Source: Bigelowiella natans CCMP2755 (lineage: Eukaryota > Protista > Cercozoa). Taken from it: DNA of 54,065 bases. The notes beneath the pieces were generated by a model. That model was given only the letters and a program-made list of their open reading frames with translations, was not told the origin of the DNA and did no database searches. How positions within the stretch are numbered: the first letter of the stretch is position 1; every line of letters begins with the position of its first letter. The stretch lies in NCBI GenBank assembly GCA_000320545.1, contig ADNK01002142.1, positions 1 to 54,065 on the forward strand. Reading direction: 5' to 3'. Both the position numbers and the translations under genes were made by a program. Positions 20,751 through 35,756 of this stretch are shown here, in pieces.

Positions 20751-22341
20751 TCATTTGAATTTGGAATATGCTTCTTGGAGGATATGAAATATTTCTTCTG
20801 CCTCGACCATAGCTTCTAAGCTCTCTTTGTTACAATGTTTGTCAGGATGGTACTTTGCCATCGTTCGCTTAAGAGTTGAGCGAACTTTGTTCCTACCGTC
20901 CGAGAGCTTGAGTCTATTCCGTGGAGCGAATTTATCAATAAGCTCTCTCACTGATAAATATTTACAACTTCTCCTCAAAGATGGTCCAATTTTGTCTCTT
21001 AGCACTTGCTTGTCATCTAACATCTTCTGCTCTTTTTTGCGTTTGTTTTTATGGTCTTGAATCCGAGCTCTTTGTTTCTTCAACAATCGTGCCGATTGGC
21101 GTGTCCTACTTAGATGATTCTTCATACCGTTTTTGGAAGATCGAGACGGTGTTTTGGGAGTAAAAGCAACACTTTTTTTCTTTTGAGAATGAACTTTGGG
21201 AGTTTTAGCTTTTTCTGTTTTAATAAATGAATAAATAATACTTAAAGTCGGTTTCTTGACTCACTCGTCCATGTTAATTTTTTTAGCACAAGAGTGAAGA
21301 AGTAAAACAAATAAATATCAAACATCCTTATGATTACCAGAAATAGGCGAGCTTTCCTTTTGCATTTTCTTGGAAGATCCATGATTTGGCATCGTTTTGT
21401 TTTGAGTTTGATCTTTGGTAGGTTTACTTGATGGCACAGATTTTGTAGTCGAAGTAGTCTTAGGTTCAGATTCTTTTGAAGAGGGATTATCTTTAGTATT
21501 CCTTTTGTTCTTCATTTTATTACCTGGTATTAAAAGAATTAGTTTAGAGGGATCACTAATTCTGTTCGTGTCTCAGCGTACCTTTCTTCTCATATCCTTC
21601 AAACGGATCAAAAGTTTTCACTTTCCGTTTTTTCCTCTGTTGTCTTCTTCTGATTTTTTGCTTATCTTTATTTGCTCCCTTAAACAGTGTCTTGAGATTC
21701 TCGCTTACAAGGCAGCGCCTTTTGCTATTGATTATTTCTCCTTCTGTTGGACACTCTTTTCTTTTTGGGCGACCAACTCCATCTGTAGGATTGCATTGGT
21801 GTGAATTCGCACCTTCTGAATTATTTTCATCAAATACTTTTTGCCTCTCATATGAGACGTTGTTCTTGATTTCTGTCCGTCTCAATCTCTTATTGTTTCG
21901 AGAGCTTTCGTTGAGTTGACCAAAGACAGAACGACGCCTCTTTTTAGGCTTTAAATCTGAAGAGTTATAAGACGCCACATTGTCCCCATTCATCTCTTCA
22001 GGTATGGCGAGCGAATCTCCTGATACGTCAGGTTCCAAGTTGTCGTTTTCATCTAAGTAGTAGTTACCGATTATACTGGTTTTACTGGGTAGATGTTTTC
22101 AAGTCGACGAAGTGCTTTTAACTATCATGAATGAGTAAATGTCTTCTTTCACAATAATCTAACTTTATTCAAAACCTGATGTATGACACTTGCTGTCATC
22201 AGCTTCATCCGAATCATCATCTCCATCCAGAGGAGCCGTGAACACATGTCGCTTTCCGAAGTTCGTAGGTGGTGACGCATCGAAACTGTTTTCCGGGAGA
22301 TCTTCTGGTCTAAACAGGATACCTTGGATGTACGAAAACAT
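20751..22341 (-). CDS. Low-complexity basic protein with a C-terminal (auxilin-like) J domain, multi-exon
   Basis: VRSTLKRTMAKYHPDKH..VEAEEIFHILQEAYSKFK*; upstream K/R/S-rich exons; probable start MFSYIQGILF. Confidence 0.82.
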
Positions 22342-22994
22342 ACTTTCGACTCTTTTTAAAGGATTCTTAGATCCCAAGGTGGATGTAATCTCTGTATTAT
22401 TAAGTTTTGGTGTGTTAATCCTGAATAATGGGGGAGAGAGGGAAGCAGATTGAAGAGGAATTCGAGCAATTGCGAGAACAACAACACTCCCCCTTTTCAC
22501 TCCAATAATGCATAAATTTGCCTTGTCTTCATTACATAATCCTCTGTGTCAATGTATTGTATGAAGAAATCTAGCCGTTGAAGTTGAAGATGGTATAACC
22601 TGCATAGTTATCCTTGTCGTAACGTTGTTACGCAAGAGGGAAAAATGATTTTTTGACAAAGCACTCTTGGACATCATATGTTTTCTGATTGCGACATACT
22701 GAATTATTCACTTTGCAGGAAAAAAGAAATAAGCAGCTTGTGAACTTTTGTCGTTGTTGTCTAGGACAATGAATTTTCATTGGGCGACATGCTGAACTAG
22801 AAAAATGAAATATGTGTTGAATTTTTATTGGGCTTTGAGGAAACTAATCGGCTGATTGAGGAACGGCAATCGCAAGTTGTGGCCAGCATTCGTTTCGGGT
22901 TTGGTGACTCCGTTTTGATTTTAATTCGCTCATAGTTTCATGTCGTACTTATGTTTGCAAGGGGATTTTCGTATTTTAATCAAAAAGTCGACGT

Positions 22995-24209
22995 ATGCTG
23001 CCTGATGCTAGAATGAGCGCCCTGGCCCAGAGAGTGCGAATAAGAACAGGGAATGCAGCGAGAACTTCCCTAATCTTGATTCTTGTGGGGGTCGTAGTTT
23101 ATTGTATGAATGTCACGTTTGAGTCGTCTTGGCAAATAAACTCTACCCAGAAGCACATAGAGTCTGGAATGTCCAGAACGGTCAAGAGAGTTGTTGAAGG
23201 TCAAAAGGCTCGCTTCCGGCTTCTCCAAGAGCTCCGCCGACAGCCATCATCGAAGAGCAGCCGCGTCGATCTAGAACCGAGCAAGGAAATGTTGACAGCG
23301 TCATATCCCAAAATCAATAAAGATATGCGCGGACTCAAGATCCTTAATGAAGAGCCACCTGTGTATTTGATTGACGATTTTCTTCAAGACGAAGAATGCA
23401 AGGCCCTCATCAAAGCAGCAACAAATGATGATCTTGAATCAGTCAAATACTCTGGGTCCTTCGTCCTCTTAGAACATAGTCGATTATGGCCAATATTTCC
23501 GATGCTGTTTCTTTCAGCTGTACCAGGAAGCCATGCAGTAGACCAGCAACCATCTCTTGAAGTGTTTGAGCATTATATGGAAGTACTTCTTCCAAACGCA
23601 TTGCTTGTTGGAAGCATGATTCTACTTATTCCCAGAATCGTCGAGATATTAACACCAATTTTCACCAAAACTAGTGGTGCCAACTTTAAAGGTTCAAAGT
23701 GGGTAGGGCTCTGTGAAATTCCCACTGACGATCACCCGGCAAAATTAGCACATGAGAGTTTCCTAAGAAAAGCGCAGACATTATTTGGAGCTAGCCGCAG
23801 CAAGTTTGAGCGTCCAACAGTAACGAGATATACAAAGGGACAGGGACAGGCAGTCCATAGCGATGCATACCCTCCTGCAAGTGTCGGCGAAGAAGAAGCA
23901 TACCAACGAGGAGGTGGACAACGTCTCGCTCAGTGCCTTGTATATTTGAATGACGTTCCAAAAGAAGACGGAGGAAGTACAAAGTTTTTTCACCCGTCAG
24001 TCGGAAACTTGGAAGTACAACCTAAGAAGGGGTCCGCGCTTGTATTCTTCCCCGCATATGCAGATGGGACAGAAGATCTTCGAATGATGCATTCTGGGGA
24101 AGTGTACACAGGAGAAAATGCAAAGTGGCTGATGGGAACTTGGCTCCACGAAAGTGATGTACCGCGGACACCACACCGACTCGAAAACCAACCCGGTTTG
24201 GGCTCGTGA
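22995..24209 (+). CDS. Prolyl 4-hydroxylase-like 2OG-Fe(II) oxygenase, single exon
   Basis: EPPVYLIDDFLQDEECKALI, VTRYTKGQ..HSD, QRLAQCLVYLNDV..GGSTKF, VQPKKGSALVFFP, MHSG, KW; N-terminal TM segment. Confidence 0.92.
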   Translation: MLPDARMSALAQRVRIRTGNAARTSLILILVGVVVYCMNVTFESSWQINSTQKHIESGMSRTVKRVVEGQKARFRLLQELRRQPSSKSSRVDLEPSKEMLTASYPKINKDMRGLKILNEEPPVYLIDDFLQDEECKALIKAATNDDLESVKYSGSFVLLEHSRLWPIFPMLFLSAVPGSHAVDQQPSLEVFEHYMEVLLPNALLVGSMILLIPRIVEILTPIFTKTSGANFKGSKWVGLCEIPTDDHPAKLAHESFLRKAQTLFGASRSKFERPTVTRYTKGQGQAVHSDAYPPASVGEEEAYQRGGGQRLAQCLVYLNDVPKEDGGSTKFFHPSVGNLEVQPKKGSALVFFPAYADGTEDLRMMHSGEVYTGENAKWLMGTWLHESDVPRTPHRLENQPGLGS

Positions 24210-25121
24210 CATGGAATCTTCATGTAAAATGTTATGTTTGAGTGATTGCTGAATTAAATCATGTGCAACAGAAAGACAGAAAGATATTTGAGAATTTTAC
24301 TTTTATGAATGGTTCCGTGTTACATGGTGTATGCCCACATCGATTCGATCCACAGTCAATAATGCGACACAAGTTACAGGCAATTCGGAACGAACTAGGG
24401 ATCGCTAGCTACACATCTAGACATTGCTGTTGTCTACGCGCAACGCATTGCCATGCTAGCATGCATACCACGTTGTGACGTGCGTGGCACTTATTTGTAG
24501 ATATTTGTCCTTTACATGTCCCGCGTGCATGCTACAACTAAAGGTTATTAATTGCCGCAAAGGGCAATATAAGGCGTTCATGTACAAATAGTTGATTGTA
24601 TATGTCTGGCGGATGTGCATATGAGCTTGCAACACAATCAAGCTGCAAGGCAGAACATCGTGTATCGTAGAGTAGACTAAAGTTACAGCCTTATTACGTA
24701 CATGCATGTAGCTAGATGACAGCAGACTAACGATAGTCATACATGGACACGACACTATCTGCTACTAATTCGCTGCATGTTGAGGCATCATGCATGCATC
24801 ACCTTTAATATGTCTAATAAAAACTCTATTACTGCTACGTAGTGTTCTGAGTAGTAGTGCATAACATCGTACGCACCGCTATAGCCGCAAGTTGATTTGG
24901 AATTATTGTGCAATATGTACGTGGTTCTAGATGTCGTACTTAGTTGTCGTAAAAGGCTTATTATTGGCCGTATGCTGTGATACTTTATTATTCCCTAAGA
25001 ATGAGTGTCATCCTCCCTATTATTATTATTATTATTACTACTACTACTACCTATTCCCTGCTGCTGCTGCTGCTTCAACGTGAACCTTACACACATTAAA
25101 TTTGTATGAAACGAAGTGATT

Positions 25122-25229
25122 CTATGACATGGCAGCAGTTAGTTCAAAAACATCATACAAAGGTCTTCCTGAGAGGATCTCGTGGCCAATACACCTTGCA
25201 CGATACTTGCCTTTCATTGAAATAATCTA

Positions 25230-25261
<32 letters not shown>

Positions 25262-26104
25262 ATGTAGGAACACATTAGGGAGGGGGGTACAGTTTTGTGA
25301 ATAAACAATCACAGCGTTATTCGTGATTGGAGATGATACACGCATTGCACTACCTGGGAGGGATGTTCAAGGAATTGGAAAGATAGCTCAGATATATGAA
25401 TAAATCCTAATGCAGTAGTACATATCAAAAGCACGTTATCTCATCATGATCATCATGATCATCATCTCCTTCTCCTCCTTCTCATCATCTGATGTACAAA
25501 CACTTCTCTTCAATTTGACCACAGAAAATGGAATTATCGAAAATATAAGCTACTACTATTTCTATTTAATACTACGAGTAATACAATCTCCTGTGGCGAA
25601 GAAGGAATGTTCCCCTCCTCTTCCTCTTCCAAACAAAAAAGTATGCACATATCAATCTACATTATACTGATGACCTGGTTGTCGCGATGTATATCCGTCG
25701 AGTAAAAGTTTACTATCATGATCAAATTCGTCGCCGTTTTCTTGGCCATAAATATCTTAATACAATATATATAATGGAGAAAAAAGAGCAAGAAACAATA
25801 GAATACACATGTTATTATGAAAGAGGATGGTAGTGGTGGTAGCACAGCACAATTATCTGTTTAGTACCTGCTGCTGTGTGGGGCTCTGCGACTTGCACGA
25901 AGACGCCATAGTCCTGCAGCAAAGTATTCATTTTCCAAATCGAAGAAGAAAAAGAAGAAGAAGGACGATGACGATCACAATGGTGGTAGTTGGTGATAGT
26001 TGTATTTTAATTAAAGACTGCATCATCATCGTCATCATCATCATCTGATATTGTTGGGCGTCTCCTAAGTAATCTTTCAATATTATAAATATATATATAT
26101 ATAT

Positions 26105-26149
<45 letters not shown>

Positions 26150-26274
26150 ACCTTGATGTCAACGACTTGCACAAGATATGTTTGTCCTTCTTTTAGGGTT
26201 CCACCGAATCTTCTCAAAAGGTCTTTAGCTCTAGCACGTCCTTCATTGTACCCAAATATCTGATATTAAATTAG

Positions 26275-26311
<37 letters not shown>

Positions 26312-26584
26312 GTGATGATGAGAAATACTGCTGCTAATAGTAGCAGGATCAGCATAGACAGCTGCTCATAGGCTCTCTTTTAACTAATATCAGATTTATT
26401 TCTAATGACAAAAACAGATGATGATTTTTTACTATTATCTTGCTGGTTGCAGCACCCACCTCAATATGTTCGTTGTAAATACGAATATGTGTATGGGTGA
26501 GAGATTCTATTTCAAGGACCTGATAAGTCAATAACATATTGGAGTGGTAGCAGCAGTAGTTGTAACTAGTATAATGTATATATA

Positions 26585-26625
<41 letters not shown>

Positions 26626-26747
26626 GTGTGTGTGTGTTGTGGATGATCGATGATGATGGATATTAGTGATGAGTGAGCGGTGATAGAGATGACGAGTAAT
26701 CACATATAACTTATGATGATGATGATTATTGCATGTAGGCAGCATGA

Positions 26748-26780
<33 letters not shown>

Positions 26781-27427
26781 ATGTGAACATTGTAATTGGG
26801 GTGCTTTGCTTCCTCTATTATGCCCCTCCTCTCCTCCTCTCCTCTCTCCCCACAACTATTATTCGCATTCTTTTTTTTCCCTATTATTACAGCTTCTGGA
26901 GGTAGTCTTCGTAAAACCGTGGCTTGTTATTCAAAACACAAAAAACACACACAATAATGTCGGTGATGTGATTCGACTTTTGCAGCAGAAAGAACATATA
27001 ACAATTTTAAAAAAACTGCTATTCAAACAATGGTTAGTTAGGAATAACGATAGGAATTAAAACAACAGCAGCAGCAGCAGTAGCAAAATTGTTAGTATGC
27101 TGACTGTGGGATTGAGCGACATTCGTCCTTTCTAGCTCAGGAACGTTTGCATTCTGCATTGAAACAACATCATCATCAAAATTAATGTTACGCAACTTTT
27201 TAATTCTTCTTATCCCCGATCTTTCTCTCCTTCTTCATAATAAATAAATATATCAAAATATATGTATAAATAAATATATATTTGTGTGTGCTCTTATATG
27301 AGTGGTCAGGTAGTCGTTGATTGTTATCAATGATGACAACAAACCTGTCTTGGTTGTGGAAGGGCCTTTGTCATCACATCTAACACCTTTTGTTGGCAAT
27401 TGATAAGGAGGAAGATCGATAAGAAAG

Positions 27428-27468
<41 letters not shown>

Positions 27469-27783
27469 AACGCATGTTATATGCTCTCAGAGTTGTTCGT
27501 TCATAGTGTGTAGTAGATGGAATGAATGATTTAAATAAGTTATAACCATAAATAGGTCAGATTATAAATTCCGTCATTTTAGGCGGGTATTGTTAAAACG
27601 TTTAAATATTTATAGACGCCAGTGCTAACATGAGCCACCTTATTTCGTGCAATATTTGCTTTGTCTAAGGCCTTTATGAGAGATTTGATTGATGAGCACA
27701 TGATCATTAATATTTATGGCTTAGTTGGTATGAGATGGTTGATGAGCACATCATCATTAATATTTTATGTGCTAGTTGCAATG

Positions 27784-27825
<42 letters not shown>

Positions 27826-28413
27826 CCCTAATAGGAACTTTAATAACCCTACCTACACTACGATTACTACCATTACTACTACTACTACTACTACTAGTAG
27901 TAGTAGTAGTAGTACTAGTACCTCAAACAATACTTGAACAGGATTACTACCATTACTACTACTACTAGTACTAGTACCTCAAACAATACTTGGACAGGGA
28001 CTGGAATCTTTGTATCAAGCTGTTATTTAAATCATAAAAAGAAAAGATAAGAAAGAGAAGTACCAATCAGCAACAAGAAAGCAGCTGGTACAGCAATTGA
28101 TTGATACAAATAATATACCAGCACACACCTGTATTGCTGTAACTCCGAAGCGTGTTCCTGCTATTTTGAAGTCCATATCTCCTAAGAAATCTTCCAATCC
28201 CATCAAATCCGTTAATACTATATATCCGAGCTGTTGCTCTTCCGTCCCCCCCTCCTGATGTTGATGATGATTGCCTCCCTCGTAGTAAAAACTATCTGCA
28301 GCAATTTGTCCTACTGGAAGAGAGATAAGACCCATTGATATACCAGCTACAGGCCCTCCATTGAGCAATACACCAGCATGCATTAAAGCCAAACTTCCTA
28401 TATGATGATGATA

Positions 28414-28445
<32 letters not shown>

Positions 28446-28544
28446 AATGATAATACCAGAACATACAGAGGCCATGCTTGAAGATCCATTCGAGCTCTAT
28501 ATGGACAGTATAGACAGACAACAGTACCAAACGAATAAACGACA

Positions 28545-28575
<31 letters not shown>

Positions 28576-29554
28576 AAGAAAGGGATTATAAATCATTCCA
28601 CAATCATTATAATTGTGCAAGTAGTAGTAGGAACGTTGTTGTTCAATGTGGACAACAATAGCAGCAGCAGCAGCAGCATATACTTAACTACGAGTCATGA
28701 GCGACTGACGAGAAATACTAGCGCCAGCACAATACACTACACTCATATCAACTCCCCATATTTAGTAGTAGTAGTAGTAGTAGCAGTAGTGATAGTGCAA
28801 CTACACACCGTTGTAATAGCATTGATTTTGAATGTTTCTTCACGGAATATCTTATTCTTTGTGGGTAGCTTTTCATCCTCCTCCTCCTCCTCCTCCTCCT
28901 CCTGCATAAATGATGATCATGATCATAATGATAATGTTGTTGTTATGTTCTTTTTCTGAGTCGTTACTTGACTTATTACCTGTGACATGTGTTTGTCATC
29001 ATTCGTAGAAGTATGATCTACTGCCTCTGGGGAGGAGGAAGAACCACCAACCAACTTGGAAGATCCCCCCCCCCCCCTTGCCTTCTCACAGTTATTATAT
29101 CTTCGATCATCTTCGTCGTCGTAGTAGGAAATCGTGTGACGTAATGCTTTTTCTGTTAGTTCTCCGTGGCCAATCTTCCAAATTACAGATTTTATGTGAT
29201 TATGATATGAACATCATCATCATCATTAGATAGTACTCTTACCTCTCTTCTTCCTTGGGTTGTTCGCCCAGTCTCGTTAACCGAGTAAGGAGGAAATTCA
29301 TACTCAACGAGCAATCTATTATCATCATCATCATCATCAGTCTCATCCTCATCGTCATAATAATTTAGTATTAAAAAATACAAAGAGGAGGGGGGGGGAT
29401 AAGAAGGATGGAAGAGAAGATTGGCAATGCAGATGAAGAAAAGAAAAGAAAAAGAAAGAACAAATGAAGTAGCAAAAACATCATACTAGATCAGCAGATA
29501 ATAATGCCAAAAGAACAATACCATTAATGAAGAACTAACGTGCAGTACCACCAC

Positions 29555-29591
<37 letters not shown>

Positions 29592-30355
29592 TACTGACTG
29601 CTGCCACGGTTTTTTAGGTAATAATTCATTTATTTTCATGCGATGAAAAAGCATTCGAGTGTTTTTTAGGTAATAATTCATTCATTTTCATGCGATGAAA
29701 AAGCATTCGAGTGTTGCCGTCGTCGTCGCTTTATTGCTGGTGCTCAAGTTGGTTTCATATCTGCTTCCCACTCCTCATAATATGTGGAATAATACCGCTA
29801 CTACTACAACTATAAGCTCATTGACTCACTTTTTAACCCTTGTTGGAGAAAGGAAACGCTGCGTAGTCCTACATTTGTTGTTACAAAAACACATTAATAG
29901 TACATATCAATGATGATCACGATAGTAATTGACATTATATACTATATTTGTTTATTGTGATAGCAACTATTGTTACTATATTATCTTTTTTGGTATGGTG
30001 GTGAATAATGATAAACAGCACACACCTGCCCCTTTACAGTAGTAGAAGAAGTAGTAGCAGTAGTAGCAGTAGTTGGTTTAATAAGCACATACACGTACAA
30101 ATCAACAGCATCATTATAGACATACTGATATATTACCATACTACTCTATTGTAGTGAGGTGATAATGCTACATGATGATGATGATAATGATGATGATGAT
30201 GATGAAGATGTACGATGCTCGCTGCTGGTACTGCTGCTGCAAAGACTAATTCTACAACTACAAGAACTACTACTACAACTACTAGCTATTCTACCTTTGA
30301 AGTATTGGGTGTCCAATCGTAGCAGCGCAAAGAACCTTACGATTAATAACTATGA

Positions 30356-30386
<31 letters not shown>

Positions 30387-30443
30387 CGATGGTTTTTCTT
30401 GTGGTAGTGTGTTGGAACATGACACAATTTGTAATGGCAAATG

Positions 30444-30484
<41 letters not shown>

Positions 30485-32029
30485 CTATACATATAGTACT
30501 TGTGTGTCTCCTCTTGTAAAAAGAGAAGATCCATGAGTGTTTGGGAGCACATCTAACTCTACAGATAAGGGCCTTACCTATGAAAACAACAACAACAACA
30601 ACAAAGTAGCAGTAGCAGTAGCAGTAGCAGCAGCAGCAGCAGCAGCAGATTCGTTAAGTGAATTCAAGGCAAATAGCAATCACAATAACATCTCTAAAAG
30701 AAGAAATAACATCATATTGTACAAGAAGTAGACGAATAAAACAGTAGTTTCTGACCTCGATCATGATCCTAATTGATATCATTAGTATTATTATTACTTG
30801 ACAAGTTTTTCTTCCATCCACACGTGTCCCTCTTTCAAAGATAAACTTCCTCATTACCTGTTATTATTTCATGTGTTTTTTTAGCAGCAGCTACTGTGGG
30901 AACAAACGACTACGACAACGACGGCACGTGCAGCCAATAACCCAAGAGGATCATTATTGTTTATTGGCACCACCACCGTCATCATCATCATCATCATCAT
31001 AATTTGTACGATCTATTCCATTAATTTTCTGACATAATAACAACCATAGATTCAGCATCATCATCATCATAATTTGTACGATCTATTCCATTAATTTTCT
31101 GACATAATAACAACCATAGATTCAGCTTTTGCGACAGATGATTTGACATCTTTCAGAGTGAAAGCTTGTTTTTCCTTGTTTGCTGCTGTCGTAATGTTGT
31201 ATATAGCACAAAGGGAGGCTGCAGTATCTTTACGAATCTTCCAAAGTGCCTACCGAGAAGAAGTATTATTGACAATTTTTATGCGGTTAATTGATATATG
31301 TATATATGTTTGTGTGTGTGTGATAATGATTATGATTTTGCAGTGCTATGTACCTCCTCCCTTTGGTTCTTAATATATTATAATGATTATGATTTTGCAG
31401 TGCTATGTACCTCCTCCCTTTCATTCCTAGTTGCAGGTGGATTTGCATACAGCTCATTGAATGCATTTGTGCAATACTCCTCTGCTTTGTGAAGAAGCTC
31501 TTCGTACGACGATGAAGATGAAGAAGGTAGTGATGATATCTTATTAACGTTATCATGCTTTTCATTTGCATGATCTTCTCTTCCTTCTTCTCCTTGCTTT
31601 GGATATCTACCCTCCATCGTCGCTGCTGTCTTTGCTCTCCATCCAAACCATTTACTACTACTACTACTACTACTACTACTTCCTCCTCTGTTGGCTATTC
31701 TCTAATAATATAATTTAGATTATTAGTAGTGTGCATACAAACACAGCAACGATCATATCAAATATGTGTGTGCCTACACTAACCTCATTAAATGCACAAC
31801 AGTACAACTTCTTATTAAAATATCTTAGTAAAACTTCTTCTTTCATCCTCATCTTCCAACAAAACAAAAATAAGATCTTGGTTCTTTGCCATATATATGT
31901 AAAACAATATTCCGAAGAAATGATTCATATAACATAAATATTACTACCCTTTTTTCTTCAACTTTAAGGCCAAACTGCTGTATGCATTTGACCCCTTCGT
32001 TGACCTTGTGGTGGTGAAATAAAGGCAAA

Positions 32030-32071
<42 letters not shown>

Positions 32072-33088
32072 AGATTGGAGGTTGAGTATTCCATCATGAT
32101 CAATCATCATCATCATCATCACTATCACCCCCCAAAACCACCACCACCACCACCACCACCACAATCATCACTATCATAATGTGCTGCTGTGTTAGATATG
32201 GTGATGAGATAACAATAACAGCAACTACTACTACTACTACTACTACTACTAACATGGTTCTGAGCTATTTCAATAGCCTCTTTGATTCTATTCTCTGGAA
32301 CACGTACACCGCACATCTCGATCATCACCGCCTAAGGAAGGTCTCAATCGTCATCATCATCATCGATCAACCAATGACATCGATAGTAGTAATGATAACC
32401 GATGTTATTATTAATAAACAACAACCCCATAAGAACAAGAAGAAAAGGAGAGAACTTCTACTACTGCATCAATTGTAATAACCATTAATCTTTTTCTTCT
32501 TCTTCTTCTTCTTCATCATCATCATTATCTCATGATGAATCACAGTTGGCTGCTCTCCCCCTTCTTCATCCTCCTCCTCCTCTTCATCTATCTCCATCAT
32601 AGATATTGATCATAATAACATGTGTATTCTCATAGTCCTCTAAACAACATGATGATTCTCACTTCTCAGCTTCTTCTTACTACTACCTTGTCCTTAGTGC
32701 CAGCATACATGAGATTGATTCCATTTTCATCAACCCCCTCCCATTCCCACATGTACTGTCCTTTATCGTCGTTGTTCAAAGGAGGAGGAGGAGTAGTTGG
32801 ATTTACAACTAATTCTCCATCTCTATCAACTACACGCACGGCAGCAATAGGGCCTGATTATTTAACGCATATAATACACCAGCATAAACAACAACAACAA
32901 CAACAACAGCAATAGGGCCTGATTATTTAACGCATATAATACACCAGCATAAACAACAACAACAACAACAACAGCAAGAGGAGGAGGATACTGGTCATAT
33001 ATCAATTCTCGTTGTCAGTGTTGTTGTTATTCAGAAAGGGGTAAGGCATTAGCTGAAAAGAGCAGAGAGACTATTACTACCGCTACAC

Positions 33089-33146
<58 letters not shown>

Positions 33147-33909
33147 GTGTATTCGCATGAGTGTTGTCCTACATATTTATCATTATTATTAAATTTTATC
33201 ATTTTTTCTACTTAATTGCATCATCATCATGATTATCATCATCATGATTATCATCATCACCATCCCATGGAATTCCTGATATGTGGAGTGCAGCTGAACA
33301 TCCATTAATTGCGGCCATATGAGCCAAGCTCATCATCGATGATGATGATGATGATGATGATTTGGTTATGATGTTGTCGGAAAGCACCGTTGCTAATACC
33401 TATGTTGTTGTTGTTGTTAAAAGTTGTATAATCTATGCTACTACTACACGTTGATCATCATCATCATATGTTGTTTCTACTTACTGCCAATACCTATGTT
33501 GTTGTTGTTGTTAAAAGTTGTATAATCTATACCACTACTACTGCACATTCATCATCATATGTTGCTACTACTTATACTACCACTACTTCTCTAAGTGATA
33601 TCTGGTAGTAGTAGTAGTGTATTATAAGATACTAGTGTTAGTAGTAGTAATTAGAATACTACTTGACAGTCAAAAAGATGATGATTTCCCCCCCCCTTTG
33701 GAAAGAGAGGACGTAAAGCTCTATCAACAGCCCTTGAGACGGGTATCTGACAAACAGCCATAACACTGTTAAATACATATTATATAATGTCTGAATCTAT
33801 TATTTTTATAAAAACAGTTAATGATATTTTGCGTAAAGAAAACAACATACATCTACTCCGCCCTGGAAGTCACTTCGTCTCATGTTGCTCGGTAAGATCC
33901 CTTGAATAA

Positions 33910-33941
<32 letters not shown>

Positions 33942-34612
33942 CAGTAGTAGTAGTAGTAGTAATAGAAGAAGAAGAAGAAGAAGAAGAAGAAGAAGAAGAC
34001 ATTATGTGCTGCTATTATTATTAAGGAGGAGGAGGAGGAGGAGGAGGAGGAGGAGGAGGAGCAAGAGTGATTTCTTCTTACGAACGAGAACTGTCTGTCT
34101 GTGTGCTAACATGATGATGCTGCCCTACTACTACTACTGCTACTACTACTGACCTCTTGCAAAACTTTTATTGATGAAATCAACATTCAAGTTGACCGCA
34201 TCATCCTCTAAATTTTCATTCTGATTAAGCAGCACCAGCAGTACCAGCAGTAGCAAATATATTATTGTTGTGTTGAAATGAGTGCTGAGTCCCAGTTGTA
34301 CTACTAGTACTATTTACTGTATACCCATCTATCCATCTACCCATTCCCAAATTATTATTATTATTATTATTATTATTATCATTTATTTATTGTGAGATCT
34401 GTCTGTCTGTCTATCTGTATATATGTATCTATAATTTGACCGGAGTTCCAACAGCGGTGCACAGTACCGAACACTCCCCGTAAGTTGCAAGTACAGCACC
34501 GTCAGCGATTGGAGCAATGATTCCACTTTCTAAATGTAGCCTATGTCTGCAGTATTTGCATGTGATGCCCACAGCAGAGCATGAGGATAGAGAATAATAA
34601 TAATAATAATAA

Positions 34613-34659
<47 letters not shown>

Positions 34660-35173
34660 CATGACTGATGGAGTATATGATCTCCATAATCGGTGGTGGT
34701 GGTGGTGGTGGCGATTATAACAAGAGCGCAGTAAGAACAAATGGGTGCTGATGGTGGTAGTTGTATGTACTAACTACTTATTACCCAGCAAAGTTTTCCT
34801 CGACATATGACACCACTTTAGAAGAAGAAGAAGAAGAAGAAGAAGAAGAAGAAGAAGAAGAAAGCTCCTCCCCCGTAGCATCGTTAATGTTGTGTTCTCC
34901 CACAGAAAATGATCTAGTTGACAAATATCGTTGGTGATTATTCTGGAGTCTAGGCGCTGCTAATTGACCACTGAGAAGGGGACGGGCACACAAGGCCCTC
35001 AAGAAGTTCCTTCTTTTTGTAGTAGCTGCAGGATTATTATGCCGATGATGCCAACGAAGCTGTTGAGTTGGAGGATGATGATAGCGTGTGCGACGATGAT
35101 GACGACGTACAACTGATGCTGATGGATCCTGATACTGAGGAGAGCTCAGGCGAACGCAACGACGCGCCGCCAT
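25122..35173 (-). CDS. PNPT1: Polyribonucleotide nucleotidyltransferase (PNPase), organelle-targeted, many microsatellite-rich introns
   Basis: [57 protein letters not shown]|[56 protein letters not shown]; R-rich transit-like N-terminus. Confidence 0.95.
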
Positions 35174-35724
35174 TAAAACCCTCCTGCAATAAGACGACGT
35201 AGGTTGTCTGAGAGATAGAGGGAGGGAGAGGGAAGGGAGAAGGGAGAAGTGAGGACTATTGAGAGGGGTACTATGTGACTGTGCAGTGTGTGGGGGGAGT
35301 AAGATGCCAAACTTTGCGCCACACTTACGTTGGAATTGAAGGCCTTCTTCACCGCTGCCCCACCCTTGTAGTGATTCGATTTTATTCTCGAGTTTCCGAA
35401 ATGGAGGAGGGCCGAATGATAATTGTTGTACTTATTGTTGTTTCTTAAGTTAGATACAAGTAAAAAATATATCGTAGATATATCTTAGAATACTACCACA
35501 ACAACAACAACAACAACAACAACAATGAGAAGTCGTTGGCTTGCGGTTTGAGAATGCAACTTCGTTGCTAATGTACTGATCCCTCTTCTCCTCCTTCTCC
35601 TCCCCCTCCTCCTCCTCCTTCTCCTCCTCTTCCTCGATTTCTGCGTGCCTGTGGTGGGATAAGTAGTAAATTCAAGCCTAGTGCTGCTGTCTGTCTATTT
35701 ATTTGTTTCATAGCGATGAACACT

Positions 35725-35756
<32 letters not shown>

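Noticed and set aside
22995-24209. 2OG-Fe(II) oxygenase as a TET/JBP thymidine hydroxylase explaining TpA loss
   Set aside because: Motifs and N-terminal TM match the prolyl 4-hydroxylase family, not TET/JBP
25400-34800. Many short ORFs with poly-M/Y/I/V/H tracts
   Set aside because: Translations of intronic microsatellites within PNPase
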